Below the pieces are notes generated by a model that did no database searches, was not told where the DNA came from, and was given only the letters and a program-made list of their open reading frames with translations. Position numbers and translations under genes: made by a program. From a virus (taxonomy: Duplodnaviria; Caudoviricetes), in the IMG/VR virus record IMGVR_UViG_2700988807_000001, positions 12,798-76,797 of that record: 64,000 nucleotides of DNA. One strand, 5' to 3'. Below, piece by piece: positions 60,746-64,000 of this stretch; positions within the stretch are counted from its first letter, which is position 1, and every line of letters begins with the position of its first letter.

Positions 60746-63460
60746 GTGCTAATCGATGAAGATGACTACTTGGCGCACTACGGTATTCTGCGTCGTTCGG
60801 GCAGATACCCTTGGGGTTCAGGTGGTACTCCTGAGCAGAACCATCGATCCTTCTACGGCATGATCGAAGCTATGCGTGCCGAAGGTATGAGTGATGCGGA
60901 GATCGCTAAGGGTTTCGGTATCTCGACTCGTGACTACCTCGCTCTCAAGTCCATCGCGGGCAACGAGATCAAGGCTGCCAATCGTGCTCGAGCTGAGATC
61001 CTTCGAGCTACCGGCATGTCGAACAAGGCAATCGCTGAAGAGATGGGTCTCGCTGGCGAGTCTTCGGTTCGTTCTCTGTTGGCTCCTGGTGCTGCCATGC
61101 GAGCTGATCAGAACCAGGCAGTTGCCGATCTTCTGAAGGATCAGATCAAGGATGGTGGATACCTCGACATCGGAGCCGGCAACGAGCTCTATGTTGGGAT
61201 GTCTCGTACCCAGTTCGATACTGTGATCGCTGGTCTTCGTAATGAAGGTTACGTCGTCCATCCGGTTCAGGTCGATCAGGTGGGCACCAACACCAAGACT
61301 CTGATCAAGGTTCTTGCTCCTGAAGGCACCGAATACAAGGACATCGTTACGAGTCCCGAAGACATCAAGTCCATCGCTGTCAAGCTCAAGGATGGCGAGA
61401 TCGAACACATCCGTCCTCCCGAGATGCTGGACTCCAAGCGAGTCAAGGTTGTCTATGCAGAGGATGGCGGCACTGAGGCTGACGGTACTATGTACATCCG
61501 TCCTGGTGTCAATGATCTGGATCTTGGTGGCGCTCAGTATGCGCAGGTTCGTATCGCTGTTGATGGCACGCACTACCTCAAGGGTATGGCTGTCTACAAG
61601 AGCGACCTTCCTCCTGGCGTCGACGTTGTGTTCAACACCAACAAGTCGGACACGGGCAACAAGCTCGATGCTATGAAGAAGATGAACCGGCTTCCTGAGC
61701 TCGATGCCAACGGCAAGGCAGTCAAGGATGCAAAGGGTGAGACTGTCTTCACTGACAAGATCGACATCTCTAATCCTTTCGGTGCAACCATCAAGCCTGG
61801 TGGTCAGCGTGGGGTACTGAATGTTGTGAATGAGGAAGGCGACTGGAACAAGTGGTCTAAGAACCTCGCGTCTCAGATGCTTTCGAAGCAGCAGCCTACG
61901 CTGGCTAAGGAACAGTTGGATCGTCTCTTCGGAGACAAGAACTCTGAGCTCAATGAGATCATGGCTCTGACCAACCCTGCAGTCAAGAAGAAGTTGCTTC
62001 AGTCCTATGCCGATGGTGTGGATGCTGATGCCGTACATCTTCAGGCAGCTGCCATGCCTCGTCAGGCAACACAGGTCATCCTTCCTGTGAGTGGTCTCAA
62101 GGACACGGAGATCTATGCTCCGAACTTCCGCAATGGTGAGCGCGTCGCTCTGATTCGCTACCCTCATGGTGGAACCTTCGAGATCCCTGAGCTCACTGTG
62201 AACAACCGACATCCTGAAGCTAGGAAGCTTCTTGGTACCTCGCCTAAGGATGCTGTCGGTATCAACTCCAAGGTTGCTGAACGTCTGTCTGGTGCGGACT
62301 TCGATGGCGATACTGTTCTCGTCATCCCTAACAGTTCGGGTAAGATCAAGAGCACGCCAGCTCTCGAGGGTCTTAAGAACTTCGACCCTAAGGCTAGGTA
62401 CCCAGCTTACGAGGGTATGAAGCCTATGACTGCTAAGCAGAAGCAGCAGGAGATGGGCAGTGTCTCTAACCTGATCACCGACATGACAATCAAGGGTGCC
62501 AACTCTTCCGAGATTGCTGCAGCTGTTCGTCACTCGATGGTTGTGATTGATGCTGAGAAGCATAAGCTCAACTACAAACAGTCTGCCATTGACAACAACA
62601 TTGTCAGTCTCAAGAAGAAGTACCAGGCTCGACCAGATGGTACTCCTGGTGGTGCGGCAACTCTGATCTCTCGGAGTACTTCTGAGGTTCGAGTCAACGA
62701 GCGCAAGATCGGTTACAAGATCAATCCCGACACAGGCGAGAAGATCTTTACCGAGACAGGCAAGGGTTACACCAAGACCAAGGTCAACCCTAAGACTGGT
62801 GTGATTACGGAGAAGTTCATCCCCCGTACACAGAAGTCTACTAAGGGTGCGGAAGCTAAGGATGCCCACTCTCTTTCTTCGGGTACTCGAATGGAAGAGA
62901 TCTATGCGGATCATTCGAATCGTCTGAAGGCTTTGGGTAACTCTGCTCGGAAGTCTTTGATGGCTACGAAGTCGACACCCTATTCCGACTCTGCTCGTAA
63001 GGTGTACGCCACCGAAGTAAAGTCCCTTGATGCGAAGCTCAACATCGCACTCAAGAACGCACCCCGTGAAAGGCAGGCCCAGCTCATAGCCAATGCCACC
63101 ATCAAACAGAAGCGTGATGCTAACCCGAACATGGAGCATGACGAACTGAAGAAGGTGAAGGCTAAAGCATTGGTCACTGCTCGTGCTCGAACAGGCGCAA
63201 GCAAAGAGCTGATCAACATCACTGACAGTGAGTGGGAGGCTATCCAGGCTGGAGCAGTGAGTACATCTAAGCTCACTAAGATCCTGGACAACACCAACCT
63301 TGATCGAGTCAAGGAGCTGGCTACCCCTCGCAAGAACACAGTGATGACCGACCTCAAGCAGCAGCGTGCTCGTCAGCTACTCGCAAGCGGGCGCACTCAG
63401 TCTGAGGTTGCCGACATCCTTGGCGTTCCCCTATCCACCCTCTCGTCTAGCTTGAAGTAA
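60746..63460 (+). CDS. Putative single-subunit two-barrel RNA polymerase with HTH domains and N-terminal HYG tag
   Basis: QVRI..KG, LIRYP, RLSGADFDGD (GADFDGD at 62291-62311), VIDAEKH; HTHs at both ends; starts DYLAHYGILRRSGRYPWG. Confidence 0.75.
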   Translation: MLIDEDDYLAHYGILRRSGRYPWGSGGTPEQNHRSFYGMIEAMRAEGMSDAEIAKGFGISTRDYLALKSIAGNEIKAANRARAEILRATGMSNKAIAEEMGLAGESSVRSLLAPGAAMRADQNQAVADLLKDQIKDGGYLDIGAGNELYVGMSRTQFDTVIAGLRNEGYVVHPVQVDQVGTNTKTLIKVLAPEGTEYKDIVTSPEDIKSIAVKLKDGEIEHIRPPEMLDSKRVKVVYAEDGGTEADGTMYIRPGVNDLDLGGAQYAQVRIAVDGTHYLKGMAVYKSDLPPGVDVVFNTNKSDTGNKLDAMKKMNRLPELDANGKAVKDAKGETVFTDKIDISNPFGATIKPGGQRGVLNVVNEEGDWNKWSKNLASQMLSKQQPTLAKEQLDRLFGDKNSELNEIMALTNPAVKKKLLQSYADGVDADAVHLQAAAMPRQATQVILPVSGLKDTEIYAPNFRNGERVALIRYPHGGTFEIPELTVNNRHPEARKLLGTSPKDAVGINSKVAERLSGADFDGDTVLVIPNSSGKIKSTPALEGLKNFDPKARYPAYEGMKPMTAKQKQQEMGSVSNLITDMTIKGANSSEIAAAVRHSMVVIDAEKHKLNYKQSAIDNNIVSLKKKYQARPDGTPGGAATLISRSTSEVRVNERKIGYKINPDTGEKIFTETGKGYTKTKVNPKTGVITEKFIPRTQKSTKGAEAKDAHSLSSGTRMEEIYADHSNRLKALGNSARKSLMATKSTPYSDSARKVYATEVKSLDAKLNIALKNAPRERQAQLIANATIKQKRDANPNMEHDELKKVKAKALVTARARTGASKELINITDSEWEAIQAGAVSTSKLTKILDNTNLDRVKELATPRKNTVMTDLKQQRARQLLASGRTQSEVADILGVPLSTLSSSLK

Positions 63461-63469
63461 GGAGTAGAC

Positions 63470-63712
63470 ATGGATGACTACATGCTCTCGACATCTGACA
63501 ATCCATTCAATCCTTACACACAGTGGGAACAGTGGTATGCCTTTGATGCAGCGGCCGGGTACCATACCCCTGCCTACCTGGCAAGGATTGTGGTAACATC
63601 TCACGAGCTGAGCGAGGCTGACCAATTGCTTGCGATTCAGCAAGGGATTGATGAGATCCTCGAAATGAACTTGACTGGAAACTACATCAAGGTCATGAAC
63701 CCCGCAGCCTGA
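63470..63712 (+). CDS. Conserved small acidic protein
   Basis: AAGGAG RBS; MLSTSDNPFNPY..W..FD..GY.T..YLARI. Confidence 0.7.
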   Translation: MDDYMLSTSDNPFNPYTQWEQWYAFDAAAGYHTPAYLARIVVTSHELSEADQLLAIQQGIDEILEMNLTGNYIKVMNPAA

Positions 63713-63991
63713 GAAAGCCCTACCCCACATGCCGAGCCCCATCAGTCTCTAGAAGTTTTAGGGATTGGTGGGGTTTGGTATGCTGCATCCAGAACACAGA
63801 TTCTTAAATTTTGCCCATATTCCCCATAACCATGGTCGCAATTTTTATATCCCACACCCCTGTGTGTAGAAAATTTCGGAATTGAAACACGGCATCTCAA
63901 AATTTGCGGTGTTTTGTTAGCTTTCCGAAGTTTGTGTTGAATGTTCGAAGGTAGGGGGGAGGGGTCTCGCAAACGGCACCCCCCTCTGCAT

Positions 63992-64000
63992 CGCCGCCCT
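63992..64000 (+). other. Probable genome right end / 9-nt cohesive overhang
   Basis: Window ends in CGCCGCCCT after a ~290-bp non-coding tract. This resembles 3' overhangs I recall for related actinophages (not verified). Confidence 0.5.

Noticed and set aside
60818-63139. 773-aa minus-strand ORF
   Set aside because: Shadow of the RNAP-like gene; all credible genes are on the + strand.
63951-63970. AGGGGTCTC near the right end as another anti-leader
   Set aside because: Only a 9-nt match in a G-run at the terminus; more likely part of the packaging/end region.
1-64000. Prophage or temperate lifestyle
   Set aside because: No integrase, repressor cassette or host genes are seen in the window. 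The missing left end cannot be assessed.

Overview
This window is the right-hand ~64 kb of a lytic actinobacterial siphovirus genome. It starts inside the terminase gene and ends on CGCCGCCCT, a likely cohesive end. All credible genes are on the + strand. A lysin B-like esterase points to a mycolic-acid host such as Rhodococcus or Gordonia. Gene order: terminase; seven HYGVKGMKWG-motif genes; portal; protease-capsid fusion; tail genes; an array of promoter-ORF-terminator cassettes with several structured ncRNAs (26-36 kb); a helicase/primase/PolB fusion; nucleotide-metabolism genes and paralog arrays; helicase; nucleases; and a 904-aa protein with two-barrel RNA polymerase motifs (GADFDGD). 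The most interesting candidate system links four observations. (1) The single-subunit RNAP carries the same LAH-YG N-terminal tag as the seven head-module proteins, which may be a virion-packaging and protease-cleavage signal. (2) Sixteen promoter-like elements have the form TCGCA-N14-TATAAT. (3) A conserved leader, GAGACCCCTAYGAAAGG, follows most protein-coding copies of that promoter but none of the ncRNA copies. (4) Two distant hairpins (35131 and 56986) display the reverse complement of that leader in their loops, suggesting sRNA shut-off of the whole regulon. Other signals are a tRNA mimic without an anticodon loop, a strand-biased excess of ATATT across 29-60.7 kb, and a 13-bp motif repeated in the late region. 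All functional calls come from reading motifs by eye; no searches were run.
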